In this document: one piece after another, positions 1 through 8,205 of the stretch
Position numbering within the stretch: the stretch's first letter is position 1
Layout: each line of letters begins with the position of its first letter
NCBI GenBank assembly: GCA_051117555.1
Contig: JBNPEG010000143.1
Location: 1 to 28,936, forward strand
DNA: 28,936 nucleotides
Reading direction: 5' to 3'
Source of the DNA: Elainellaceae cyanobacterium
Lineage (GTDB): Bacteria; Cyanobacteriota; Cyanobacteriia; CAZCXK01
Notes under the pieces: generated by a model
What the model saw: the letters and a program-made list of their open reading frames with translations, nothing else
What the model was told of the DNA's origin: nothing
The model's database searches: none
Made by a program: the position numbers and the translations under genes

Positions 1-1
1 A

Positions 2-121
2 GTGCTAGAAGCCGCTTTGGCAGATGTTTTAGTGACACTGTTGTTAGCCGATATCGAACGAAAACGTTCCTTGTTGCAACAGCAGGGAATTGAAGTTCAA
101 ATTACCAGGTGCAAGATATGA
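2..121 (+). CDS. Possible 3' end of a CDS entering from outside the window (…VLEAALADVLVTLLLADIERKRSLLQQQGIEVQITRCKI*)
   Basis: Open frame from the window edge to TGA at 119-121, which overlaps ATG 118-120 of the next gene (ATGA coupling). Product not recognisable. Confidence 0.4.
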   Translation: MLEAALADVLVTLLLADIERKRSLLQQQGIEVQITRCKI

Positions 122-345
122 GTATACCCAACAGCACCCTACAAATAAACTTGACTGCTTTGACCCTTGACCTCCCGCAATACAACCTATGGCGAGGACA
201 AGTCGGAACAGTCGTTGAAACCTTAGCCAACGACACAGCATTTGAAGTTGAATTTAGCGATCGCAGCGGACGCCCCTACGAATCATTAGGACTGCGCCCC
301 AATCCAATCAATGTGATCAACTATGAAGAAAAATCGCTATCATGA
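118..345 (+). CDS. DUF4926 domain protein (N-terminus possibly degenerate)
   Basis: Motif ALTLDLPQYNLWRGQVGTVVE…FEVEFSDRSGRPYESLGLRP is typical of DUF4926. ATG at 118 preferred over GTG at 109. Confidence 0.75.
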   Translation: MSIPNSTLQINLTALTLDLPQYNLWRGQVGTVVETLANDTAFEVEFSDRSGRPYESLGLRPNPINVINYEEKSLS

Positions 346-546
346 AGTATGAGTAGTTGAATGGACAGGCAAACGCTCAGACCCATGGGTGATCTTAAGC
401 AGTTAATTTTTCTGCCTTCAATTCGATCGCCACAATCAGGTCAAAGACTTTGGGAATCATGTTAGGCGAGAAAGGTTGCATCCTCGATACGCTTCGGAGC
501 CCCATATTCCCCTGATTTTAGGTAGAAAAAAGTTAGGTATAGGGTT

Positions 547-855
547 ATGGCAGATTCGAAACAGCGAGAAGCATATCAGAATAGAATTCAGGCTGAGTTA
601 GATGCGCTGATCGAAAAAGCTGAAGTACTCAATTCCAAACCTGTACCAGCCGACAAGGATGAGAAGATTCAACACTACTACCGATTAGAGATTCTGAACG
701 GCAAGCAGAAAGTTTTGAAAGAGAAACTGGAAGAGCTCCAAGATGCCAGTGAAAGCGCGTGGGACAGCCTCCGTGCAGGATTTGAAATAATTTGGGACGA
801 TTTCCGAGAAACATTTAATACGCTAGTTTCTGAAATCGAAGCGGATGCAAAGTAA
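547..855 (+). CDS. Sll1863-like small coiled-coil stress protein
   Basis: Pattern REAYQNRIQAEL…KLEELQDASESAWDSLRAGFE…W resembles the Sll1863-type coiled-coil family. Confidence 0.7.
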   Translation: MADSKQREAYQNRIQAELDALIEKAEVLNSKPVPADKDEKIQHYYRLEILNGKQKVLKEKLEELQDASESAWDSLRAGFEIIWDDFRETFNTLVSEIEADAK

Positions 856-974
856 TCGTATGTTTTATGTGAGTCAGGGACACGCAAAGTTCAGTCTCTA
901 GATTGATTCACATGTTTGCATATTCAGACTATTGTTGCAGATGATCTAACTTCATCTAGCGTAGGTTCTTGACG

Positions 975-1535
975 ATGAAACGCAACATAGTAAAACGATT
1001 ATCGAATTGGTGTTTGGTTCCGATTGCGTGCCTAGCCTTATTGGCATGGGGATTACCAGGGATCTCGTTTCAGGGGGATGCTCTGGCGATCGCTGGAACT
1101 ATAAACTATCAGTCTCAATTTCGAGTTGCTCAAACTGGATTGAGTGAACAGGTTCAAGGAAAAGCGGAAGAGGCACTGGGAAAAGCTCAGCAAGAACTCG
1201 GTAAAGCAACCGGACAGGCTAAAGGCGCAGCCAACCAGGTTCAAGGGGAAGCTCAGAAAGCTAAAGGATCAATTCAAAGAAAAGCTGGAGAGATGACTGG
1301 GCAGATGGAGGGAGCTGCCAACCAGGTTCAGGGGGAAGCTCAGAAAGTCAAAGGATCGGTTCAGAGAGAAGCTGGAAAGATGACTGGGCAGATGGAAGGA
1401 GCCGCTAATCAAGCCCAAGGTAAGCTGAAGCAAAGCGTTGGCGAAGCAAAGTCTGCTGCGGAGGAAGCGGGCGATGAGATAGAAGATACGACTGAAAGCT
1501 TTGTCGATCAAGTCAAAGACTTCTTTCAGCAGTAG
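975..1535 (+). CDS. Exported or membrane-anchored CsbD/LEA-like repeat protein
   Basis: Basic N-terminus plus hydrophobic stretch, then repeated GK/E-x-TG…Q-x-EG-x-A-x-QVQG units typical of CsbD. ATG at 975 (track start 969 is TTG). Confidence 0.75.
   Translation: MKRNIVKRLSNWCLVPIACLALLAWGLPGISFQGDALAIAGTINYQSQFRVAQTGLSEQVQGKAEEALGKAQQELGKATGQAKGAANQVQGEAQKAKGSIQRKAGEMTGQMEGAANQVQGEAQKVKGSVQREAGKMTGQMEGAANQAQGKLKQSVGEAKSAAEEAGDEIEDTTESFVDQVKDFFQQ
1230..1403 (+). repeat. 87-bp (29-aa) in-frame tandem duplication in the CsbD-like gene
   Basis: gccaaccaggttca(a/g)ggggaagctcagaaag…gatgactgggcagatgga(g/a)ggagc starts at 1230 and again at 1317. Confidence 0.95.
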
Positions 1536-1652
1536 TGCATTCTCAGCAGTACGCTCAATAGTAGTCTCAAAATAATATTTCCAGTCGGAATACTTCCAAT
1601 TGGCATGATTATGATCAGAGTAAAGAAACTACTTCACGGGTTTGATTGAGTC

Positions 1653-1709
1653 GTAGGGTGCTGTATAGCCTTTCAGGCATGGCTCGCTAAAGCGTCAGCG
1701 TAACGCACC
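1653..1709 (+). repeat. GTAG-type REP-like element with an internal insert
   Basis: GTAGGGTG…CAGCGTAACGCACC matches the reverse complement of 25184-25214 (GTAGGGTGTCGTTAGCGCAGCGTAACGCGCC) but carries about 26 extra internal nt. Confidence 0.6.
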
Positions 1710-1787
1710 CCCATGAGCTTTTTTAACTAGATTACTGGGGGTTGCGTCGGCACGTAAGAAACAGGATTTTATTAGGTATAAACTGCT

Positions 1788-1946
1788 ATGGATATACTTC
1801 GTATTATCGTGGCAATACTCTTGCCTCCTCTCGGTGTTTTCCTACAAGTTGGCATTGGTCCTCAGTTTTGGATTAACATTCTGCTGACATTATTGGGCTA
1901 CCTTCCTGGCATCATTCATGCTATCTGGATTATTGCAAGGCGCTAA
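1788..1946 (+). CDS. YqaE/Pmp3 family small membrane protein, 52 aa (below the ORF-track cutoff)
   Basis: Manual translation MDILRIIVAILLPPLGVFLQVGIGPQFWINILLTLLGYLPGIIHAIWIIARR* shows the hallmark LPPLGV and LLGYLPGIIHA motifs. Confidence 0.95.
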   Translation: MDILRIIVAILLPPLGVFLQVGIGPQFWINILLTLLGYLPGIIHAIWIIARR

Positions 1947-2052
1947 TACTGTTTGGCAAAAATAGGCCAACCATTTAAGTGCGGGTATCGTGCCCGCGAC
2001 GTGAGCGTCTCGCTCACACTACGGGTATGAAACTTCCGCCATCTTGTGCTAG
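1943..2052. mobile_element. MITE-like element, family A (CTAGTAC-type ends, REP doublet core), copy 1
   Basis: Aligns end to end with the reverse complement of 26222-26333. Core has hairpins GCGGGTA-tcg-TGCCCGC and GTGAGCG-tct-CGCTCAC followed by ACTAC (GTAGT on the other strand). Confidence 0.85.
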
Positions 2053-2121
2053 CGACTTTGGCTTCCAACGGCATGTTCTCTCGTGTTCTCTCATGTAGAG
2101 GCGCTGTGCGCCTGAACTGTA

Positions 2122-2182
2122 ACTCTCGATGGAGGCGATTTATCAAACGTGCTCAGCGTGAATAATCGCCTCGATTGAGAGT
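2122..2182. terminator. Hairpin between the convergent Pmp3 and glpK genes (terminator or REP-derived)
   Basis: Inverted repeat ACTCTC…GAGGCGATT / AATCGCCTC…GAGAGT. Confidence 0.5.
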
Positions 2183-2217
2183 CATCCAGGCATCTAAACT
2201 CGGTTGGGGAATGAGGG

Positions 2218-3735
2218 TTATTCAATCCAGTTTTTTGCCCGCCCAACGGCTTTGATCCAGGTAGAAAAGTTTTCTTGGGCTTGTTCAGATCCACTGCCGG
2301 GTTCAAACACGCGATCGATTTTTCGGCCTTGAATCAGACTGTCATAATTGTCCCAAAATCCGGATGCCAACCCTGCCCCAAAGGCTGCCCCTTGAGCAGT
2401 CGCATCGAGTACTGCGGGTCGCTCAATCGGAATCCCGAGCGCATCGGCTTGAAACTGCATGAGAAAATTATTTTGACAGGCTCCGCCATCGACTTTGAGC
2501 AGCCCAATTTTGGTGCCGCTATCATCATTGACCGCATCAACGACTTCTTTCACCTCATAGGCGATCGCCTCTAGCACAGCACGCACCATATGATCCCGCT
2601 GAGTTCCCCCTGTGATACCTAGAAATGTCCCTCGTGCATTCATATCCCAGTGGGGCGCGCCTAGGCCACTCAATGCGGGCACAAAATATACGCCGCCATT
2701 ATCGGGTACTTTCTCAGCCATGGGCTCTGTGTCTGCCGCCGTGGTGATGATGCGAATGCCATCTCTGAGCCATTGAACACAGGCTCCAGCCGTGAACATG
2801 CTGCCCTCCAGAGCATATCCAACCTTTGGCGAACCATTTCCAGTTGCCTCAGACCAGGCAATGGTCGAGAGGAGTTGATTGTGCGATCGCGTCACGCCTG
2901 GCCCTGTATGCGAGACCAAGAATGCCCCGGTGCCGTATGTGCATTTCAACAACCCTGGGCGATTGCAGCCATGAGCAAACAGTGCTGCCTGTTGGTCGCC
3001 GAAGATTGCCATAATCGGAACTTCAGCCCCTACAATGCTGGAATCGGTATAGCCAAAATGCCCCAAACTCGGACGAATTTCTGGCATCAAATGGGGAGGA
3101 ATTCCAAATAGATCAAGCAGCTTTTTGTCCCACTCACGAGATGCCAGATTCAGCAACATCGTCCGACTGGCATTGCTGTCGTCCGTTGCATGAACCTTTC
3201 GCCCGGTGAGGTTCCATAACACCCAAGAATCAATGGTGCCTGCTAGCACATTATCAAAATCGATGGGAGGATCTTGCTGCTCCTGCTGTACCCGGTCTAA
3301 CAACCAAGACAGTTTGCTAGCTGAAAAGTAAGCGTCTAACACGAGCCCGGTGCGCTCGGCAATATCGTCTGCAAACCCTTTTTGCCGCAGCTCATTGCAG
3401 AGGGGGGCTGTGCGACGGTCTTGCCACACGATGGCGTTGTGCAACGGTCGTCCGGTGTCTTTATCCCAAAGCAGACAGGTTTCTCGTTGCACTGTTAGAC
3501 CAATCGCAGCAATCTGAGACGGCTGAATATTCGCCTTGTGAATTGCAGCTTGAATTGCCCAGCTCGTATCTTCCCAAATTTCGCGGGGGTCGTGTTCCAG
3601 CCAACCCGGTTGGGGATAATATTGTGTTAATTCTTTGTAGGCTTGACCTGCAATCTCACCAGATTGATCAAATAGAATGGCACGATTCCCCGTCGTGCCC
3701 AGATCAAGCGCCAAAATATATTGTTGATCACTCAT
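2218..3735 (-). CDS. glpK: Glycerol kinase
   Basis: FGGY motifs ALDLGTTG, QRET, IVWQDRRT, YFSASKL, GDQQAALF, TYGTG, ALEGS, VPALSGLGAPHW, DGGA. 505 aa. Confidence 0.97.
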   Translation of the reverse strand: MSDQQYILALDLGTTGNRAILFDQSGEIAGQAYKELTQYYPQPGWLEHDPREIWEDTSWAIQAAIHKANIQPSQIAAIGLTVQRETCLLWDKDTGRPLHNAIVWQDRRTAPLCNELRQKGFADDIAERTGLVLDAYFSASKLSWLLDRVQQEQQDPPIDFDNVLAGTIDSWVLWNLTGRKVHATDDSNASRTMLLNLASREWDKKLLDLFGIPPHLMPEIRPSLGHFGYTDSSIVGAEVPIMAIFGDQQAALFAHGCNRPGLLKCTYGTGAFLVSHTGPGVTRSHNQLLSTIAWSEATGNGSPKVGYALEGSMFTAGACVQWLRDGIRIITTAADTEPMAEKVPDNGGVYFVPALSGLGAPHWDMNARGTFLGITGGTQRDHMVRAVLEAIAYEVKEVVDAVNDDSGTKIGLLKVDGGACQNNFLMQFQADALGIPIERPAVLDATAQGAAFGAGLASGFWDNYDSLIQGRKIDRVFEPGSGSEQAQENFSTWIKAVGRAKNWIE

Positions 3736-3939
3736 AACTTTAAAACGTCTTCCTCTAGATTGGGGATCAGTTAGTTCAGTCTAATATTGCAGATTAGCCT
3801 GTGAGAGGAACGCAGCAATCTCACGTTTGGCTTATCTTTATCTTCTAGAACGATTGTTTTAAGCGTCTCGGTCGCGTTTGTGAATGCTGAAACTGTTGAC
3901 TACACGCGCGTTTGAGCATCTGAAAAGAATATCGAGACG

Positions 3940-3967
3940 TGCAAATTTATTGCAAATTTATTGCAAA
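3940..3967. promoter_or_regulatory. 11-bp tandem repeat (TGCAAATTTAT x2 + TGCAAA) in the glpK/glpD divergent region, candidate regulator site
   Basis: Direct repeat with helical-turn spacing that also forms TGCAA-N5-TTGCA palindromes. Confidence 0.35.
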
Positions 3968-4261
3968 ACTTAAATTGGATTTGAGATGATGATGCAGAAC
4001 GTTAAGGAAATTCGAAGATTTGCTGAAATGGGCGATCGCTCTGAGGCAATTTCTTGAGCTTTTATTTCAATGTGTTAGCTTTTTAGCTAGGTGGCTTAGT
4101 TTTTAGAACTAGAACAATTGCCTCTCAATGTGCATTTCCTAAGTTGCGCTAGCTATGTAATGAAACGATTTGCGCAGTTTTAAAACCCTGCAATTGAGTT
4201 AGTAGTTCGCAGGTTTTTTGTGAGTAACCGTCAACATTTTCTCAGAACAGAAGAGCAGACT

Positions 4262-5962
4262 ATGGGGAATAAGCAAACTATTCAAGATCAGACCTACGAT
4301 CTGATCGTGATCGGTGGAGGTATTAATGGTGCTGGCGTTGCGCGAGATGCGGCACTACGCGGATTAAAAACAATCTTGATTGAAAAAGGCGACTTCTGTG
4401 GAGGCACTACCAGTTGGTCAACCCGGTTAATTCACGGGGGGTTGCGCTATTTGGAGTATTTCGAGTTTGCTCTGGTGCGTGAATCGCTGCGAGAACGGGA
4501 GATTTTGCTGCACACTGCTCCCCATTTGGTGAATCCGCTGCTCCTCACAATTCCAGTGTATGGCGATCGCTCTCGTCCCTACTGGAAAATTCAGGCAGGA
4601 ATGATTCTTTACGACATTTTCAGCTACGACAAAACGCTGCCCCCCTATCGGATGTTGTCGAAGAAAAAGTTTCAGCAGGTATTTCGGCATGTTGACCCCG
4701 ATCGCCTTTCCGGAGGGGCTCAATATTATGACGGTCAGGTTGCCTACGCTGAGCGGTTGGCACTCGAAAACATCCTGTCAGCCGAGGCCGCAGGCGCAAC
4801 CGTCTTGAATTATACAGAAGCCACTCAACTGCATCGTAAGGGCAAGCAGATTGAATCGGTTACCTGCAAAGACGTCTTGTCGGGTGACGAATTTACAGTG
4901 CGAGGCAGTGACAAGGTCGTTGTAGTCAACACAGCAGGTCCCTGGGTTGATGAAGTATTGCACCGGGGCTATACGAATGGCTCCAAGGCTCCGATTAGCG
5001 ACACGCCAAAAATTGGTGGCACCAAAGGCAGTCACATCATCGTAGAGCCATTCCCAGGTGCGCCCAGCGACTCTGCGCTCTATGTCGAAGCCAAGTCTGA
5101 CGGTCGTCCCTTCTTTATCGTGCCCTGGCTAGGTATGACGCTAATCGGCACGACCGACCTCCGCTATAGCGGCGATTTGGACGATATTAAAGCCGATAAT
5201 GATGAGATCGACTATCTCATTAAAGAAACCAATAGCATCATCCCCACGGCGCAGCTTACTCGTGATGATGTGAAATTTACCTATTCGGGAGTCCGCCCAT
5301 TACCGAATGCAGAGGGCAAGAAACCGAGTAGCATTACTCGAAGCCATATTCTCTTTGATCACACCCCAGACGGCGCGAATAATCTGATTTCTCTGATTGG
5401 GGGCAAAATCACCACCTATCGCCAAGTCGGAGAAGAAATGGTGGATTTGGTTTATAAAAAGCAGGGGAAATCGGCACCGGATTGCCCGACCCGGCGCAAA
5501 GCCTTGCCAGGAGCTATCCTGCCTAGCGACAAGCGCATGCAGCAAGCGGCCCAAACTTATCAAGACCGTCTCTCGATTGCAACCATCGGGCATCTATTTT
5601 CTGTCTATGGGGCTCGTGCAACGGAGGTCTTAGCCCTGATTGACGCAGAACCAGAATTGGCAGAGGCGATCGCCCCGCCAGTGCTTGATATCAAGGCGCA
5701 GATTGTCTTTGCAGTCGAATCAGAATATGCTCGCACCATTGCCGATATTACCCGCCGCCGCACTAGCCTCGCCATGCGAACCGACTATGGATTTAAGGCA
5801 CTGCCTGCCATTATCGAAACGCTGGAGAAACATTGCGGATGGAGCCATTCGAAAATTGAGAAGCAGGTCGACTATTATCGACACTTTATGGAAGCAAACT
5901 GCATCCCTGACTATGCCGTCAGTCAGTACAAAGACGAGTATGCTCAGGTCGCTGTCCGGTAA
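4262..5962 (+). CDS. glpD: FAD-dependent glycerol-3-phosphate dehydrogenase
   Basis: VIGGGINGAG FAD motif, GTTSWSTRLIHGGLRYLE, AGPWVD, KGSHI, IGTTD, YSGVRPL, GGKITTYR. ATG at 4262 preferred (GTG 4220 is an alternative). Confidence 0.96.
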   Translation: MGNKQTIQDQTYDLIVIGGGINGAGVARDAALRGLKTILIEKGDFCGGTTSWSTRLIHGGLRYLEYFEFALVRESLREREILLHTAPHLVNPLLLTIPVYGDRSRPYWKIQAGMILYDIFSYDKTLPPYRMLSKKKFQQVFRHVDPDRLSGGAQYYDGQVAYAERLALENILSAEAAGATVLNYTEATQLHRKGKQIESVTCKDVLSGDEFTVRGSDKVVVVNTAGPWVDEVLHRGYTNGSKAPISDTPKIGGTKGSHIIVEPFPGAPSDSALYVEAKSDGRPFFIVPWLGMTLIGTTDLRYSGDLDDIKADNDEIDYLIKETNSIIPTAQLTRDDVKFTYSGVRPLPNAEGKKPSSITRSHILFDHTPDGANNLISLIGGKITTYRQVGEEMVDLVYKKQGKSAPDCPTRRKALPGAILPSDKRMQQAAQTYQDRLSIATIGHLFSVYGARATEVLALIDAEPELAEAIAPPVLDIKAQIVFAVESEYARTIADITRRRTSLAMRTDYGFKALPAIIETLEKHCGWSHSKIEKQVDYYRHFMEANCIPDYAVSQYKDEYAQVAVR

Positions 5963-5994
5963 CGGCTCGGTTTAGCCGTGTTAATTCAAGACAT

Positions 5995-6032
5995 AATTTC
6001 CGTACGATCAGGGCGCTGACCGTACGGAAATT
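5995..6032. terminator. Probable bidirectional terminator hairpin between glpD and DUF3352
   Basis: AATTTCCGTACG-atcagggcgctgac-CGTACGGAAATT: perfect 12-bp arms plus an inner TCAG/CTGA pairing. Confidence 0.75.
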
Positions 6033-6065
6033 TGTTAGATTCAATAGTTTCGTTGGGTGCCCAAC

Positions 6066-7814
6066 TCAATCTTGAAGGCGAATAAACACCACGCCTCGGC
6101 GCATATTGGCTTTACTTCCATACCCGCTGACGGTAATCGATCGCCAATGGTCGAAAAAGGGTTTACCGACGGCTTCGACAATCCCGGTTAGGGGGAGTCG
6201 CTGCTTTACAGCGTCGCGAATGGATGTCCAATCTACGTAAAGATAACCATCATTAGAGTTGGCAATCGGGGCGATCGCCTGCTGGAATTCATCAGAACTC
6301 AGAATAGAATCATCGGATGCGCCAAGGGCTTGATTCATCGCATCGACGGAGGTTGCAAAAATCTCATAGCGTCCCACGCTTGTATGCACTCCCTGCACGT
6401 CTGCTGAAAGTGCCACCGTGCCTTGAGCCTTTGACCTCCGGGATGATGCGGGCATGGCTGCGGAGAGTTGTGTCCAGGCGACAACCTCTTGCTCATCTAG
6501 CATAATTGGCCCGACGCTCAATCCTTGCCGTTTGGCGATCGCATCAAGCTGATCAATCCCTTTCGTTGCATCCGCTGATTTTTCTGCTACAAAAATCCAG
6601 TCTGGCTCTGCTTGATCGGGGCGCGGCATGAGGGCGATCGCATATTCACGCGTGACCCACCGAAAAACGTCCTTGGAGACATTCAGGTTCCACCGATCTT
6701 GGAGCCCGTTCAAGACCTGATTCACAAAACCTGACACGCGATTGCCATCGCTCAATTCGTCTGAGAGTTGTGTCCAGAAACTCTGTAAATCGACGCTGGA
6801 TGCAACAACCGGGCTGATGGACGGAATAAACTGCAACGCCCCTGCCGGACGCGATAATACAGGTCTAGAGGCGGTGAGAGTTTCGTCTGGAGCGGTGAGC
6901 AATGCTGTTTCACCGACGATGCCGCGTCGATCAAGCTGCAACGCGACCACCAAACTGTCATAGGTTCCAGCAGCGGCGCCGTCCGGCAGCGGGGTGTCAG
7001 TTGAGGTGCCGAGCCAGGTTGCGAGCTCAGGCAGGTTGATCACCGTTAACCCAATTCCCGATGATGGCAAATTTTGGAGTGAATTTTGATACCTCGAACT
7101 GCTGGTGAGATTGAGTCCGGGAGCCTGTACGTTCGTGATGGCATCCCGCAATACTTTGGGATGATTCGCAAACAAAATGAAGCGATCGCCCACGACAGCG
7201 CTAGATAGAGTCGGAATTGGGGTTAACGTAGAAGGGGGAGGAGATTGAGAATCAACAGAAGACAGTTGGGGAGACTCAGCATAGATGAGCTTGACGCCTG
7301 AATATTGCTCAAATACGAGATTTTTCCCAGAAACGGCGCGTTTTTGCCAGAATAACTGCAAGAACTCCCGCGATCGATTTGGATCTTGCGTTGCAACGGC
7401 CAACAAATAGCCAGGTTGTAACCCATTATCTCGATTGCGATCGAGATCAGACGCCGTAACAGCAAAGGTAACCTCATCCCCCAGCCACGGCTGGATGTCG
7501 TCGGCATACGTGAGCCCAGTGGGCGCCAGGATGCTTTTCTCAAGCTGGGCGAGTTCTGCGCGTGCCCGCCGTCGTTGCCCAGCAGGAGCGGCTGCCACCC
7601 GAAACGTCTCTAAACTCTCTGCACTAACCAGCAACGATGCCATGATCGGAGCCTGCTTTGGCACAAAAATCGCGGCTTCTGGCTGAAGTTGGGTAGCCGC
7701 TTGAGCCAACGAAAGCGAACTTTTTGAGCGCAATCCCAAAAAGCCTCCCGCCCCAACCAGCAGCAGCACCAAAACACCGACCATTAGAATAGTGAAAAAA
7801 GAACGGAACTTCAT
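6066..7814 (-). CDS. DUF3352 domain protein with N-terminal membrane anchor
   Basis: N-terminal TM helix, P-x-AAIFVPKQAP, DIQPWLGDEVTFAV, PGYLLA, N-DGYLYVDW, typical of cyanobacterial DUF3352. Confidence 0.85.
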   Translation of the reverse strand: MKFRSFFTILMVGVLVLLLVGAGGFLGLRSKSSLSLAQAATQLQPEAAIFVPKQAPIMASLLVSAESLETFRVAAAPAGQRRRARAELAQLEKSILAPTGLTYADDIQPWLGDEVTFAVTASDLDRNRDNGLQPGYLLAVATQDPNRSREFLQLFWQKRAVSGKNLVFEQYSGVKLIYAESPQLSSVDSQSPPPSTLTPIPTLSSAVVGDRFILFANHPKVLRDAITNVQAPGLNLTSSSRYQNSLQNLPSSGIGLTVINLPELATWLGTSTDTPLPDGAAAGTYDSLVVALQLDRRGIVGETALLTAPDETLTASRPVLSRPAGALQFIPSISPVVASSVDLQSFWTQLSDELSDGNRVSGFVNQVLNGLQDRWNLNVSKDVFRWVTREYAIALMPRPDQAEPDWIFVAEKSADATKGIDQLDAIAKRQGLSVGPIMLDEQEVVAWTQLSAAMPASSRRSKAQGTVALSADVQGVHTSVGRYEIFATSVDAMNQALGASDDSILSSDEFQQAIAPIANSNDGYLYVDWTSIRDAVKQRLPLTGIVEAVGKPFFDHWRSITVSGYGSKANMRRGVVFIRLQD

Positions 7815-8205
7815 TGGAGAATTTCAGCGGAAGAGCAGTTCAGTCTAGACATGAAACAATGTAGGGCAGCGCGTCGATGTTCGGTTAATTTCCCTAAATC
7901 CGTGTTTATCACAGACAACCCGACGGCATACGCAGCTAAACAATGGATGACGGCATGACCTGTCAATCAGAATGCCTAACCGTTTCTCGCGTATCGTGAT
8001 TAGATATGCACATTGTCAAAACTTAGTTTAGTACTGTAAGTGACCGAGCAAAGAGGACTGACAGAATATTGAGACGATTTAATACGTTTTCTATCATCCC
8101 TGTCCTTCTGCTCAAACAAATCAGAGACGATTGAGTCAATCTGGTGCTTGGTCAAGAAGCATTCATCTGAAACCTGCACGAAAAAAATGATGGTATTTTG
8201 ATGCA

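Noticed and set aside
1230..1403. Repeats considered as a possible CRISPR array
   Set aside because: In-frame coding tandem repeats with no unique spacers, and no cas genes in the window.
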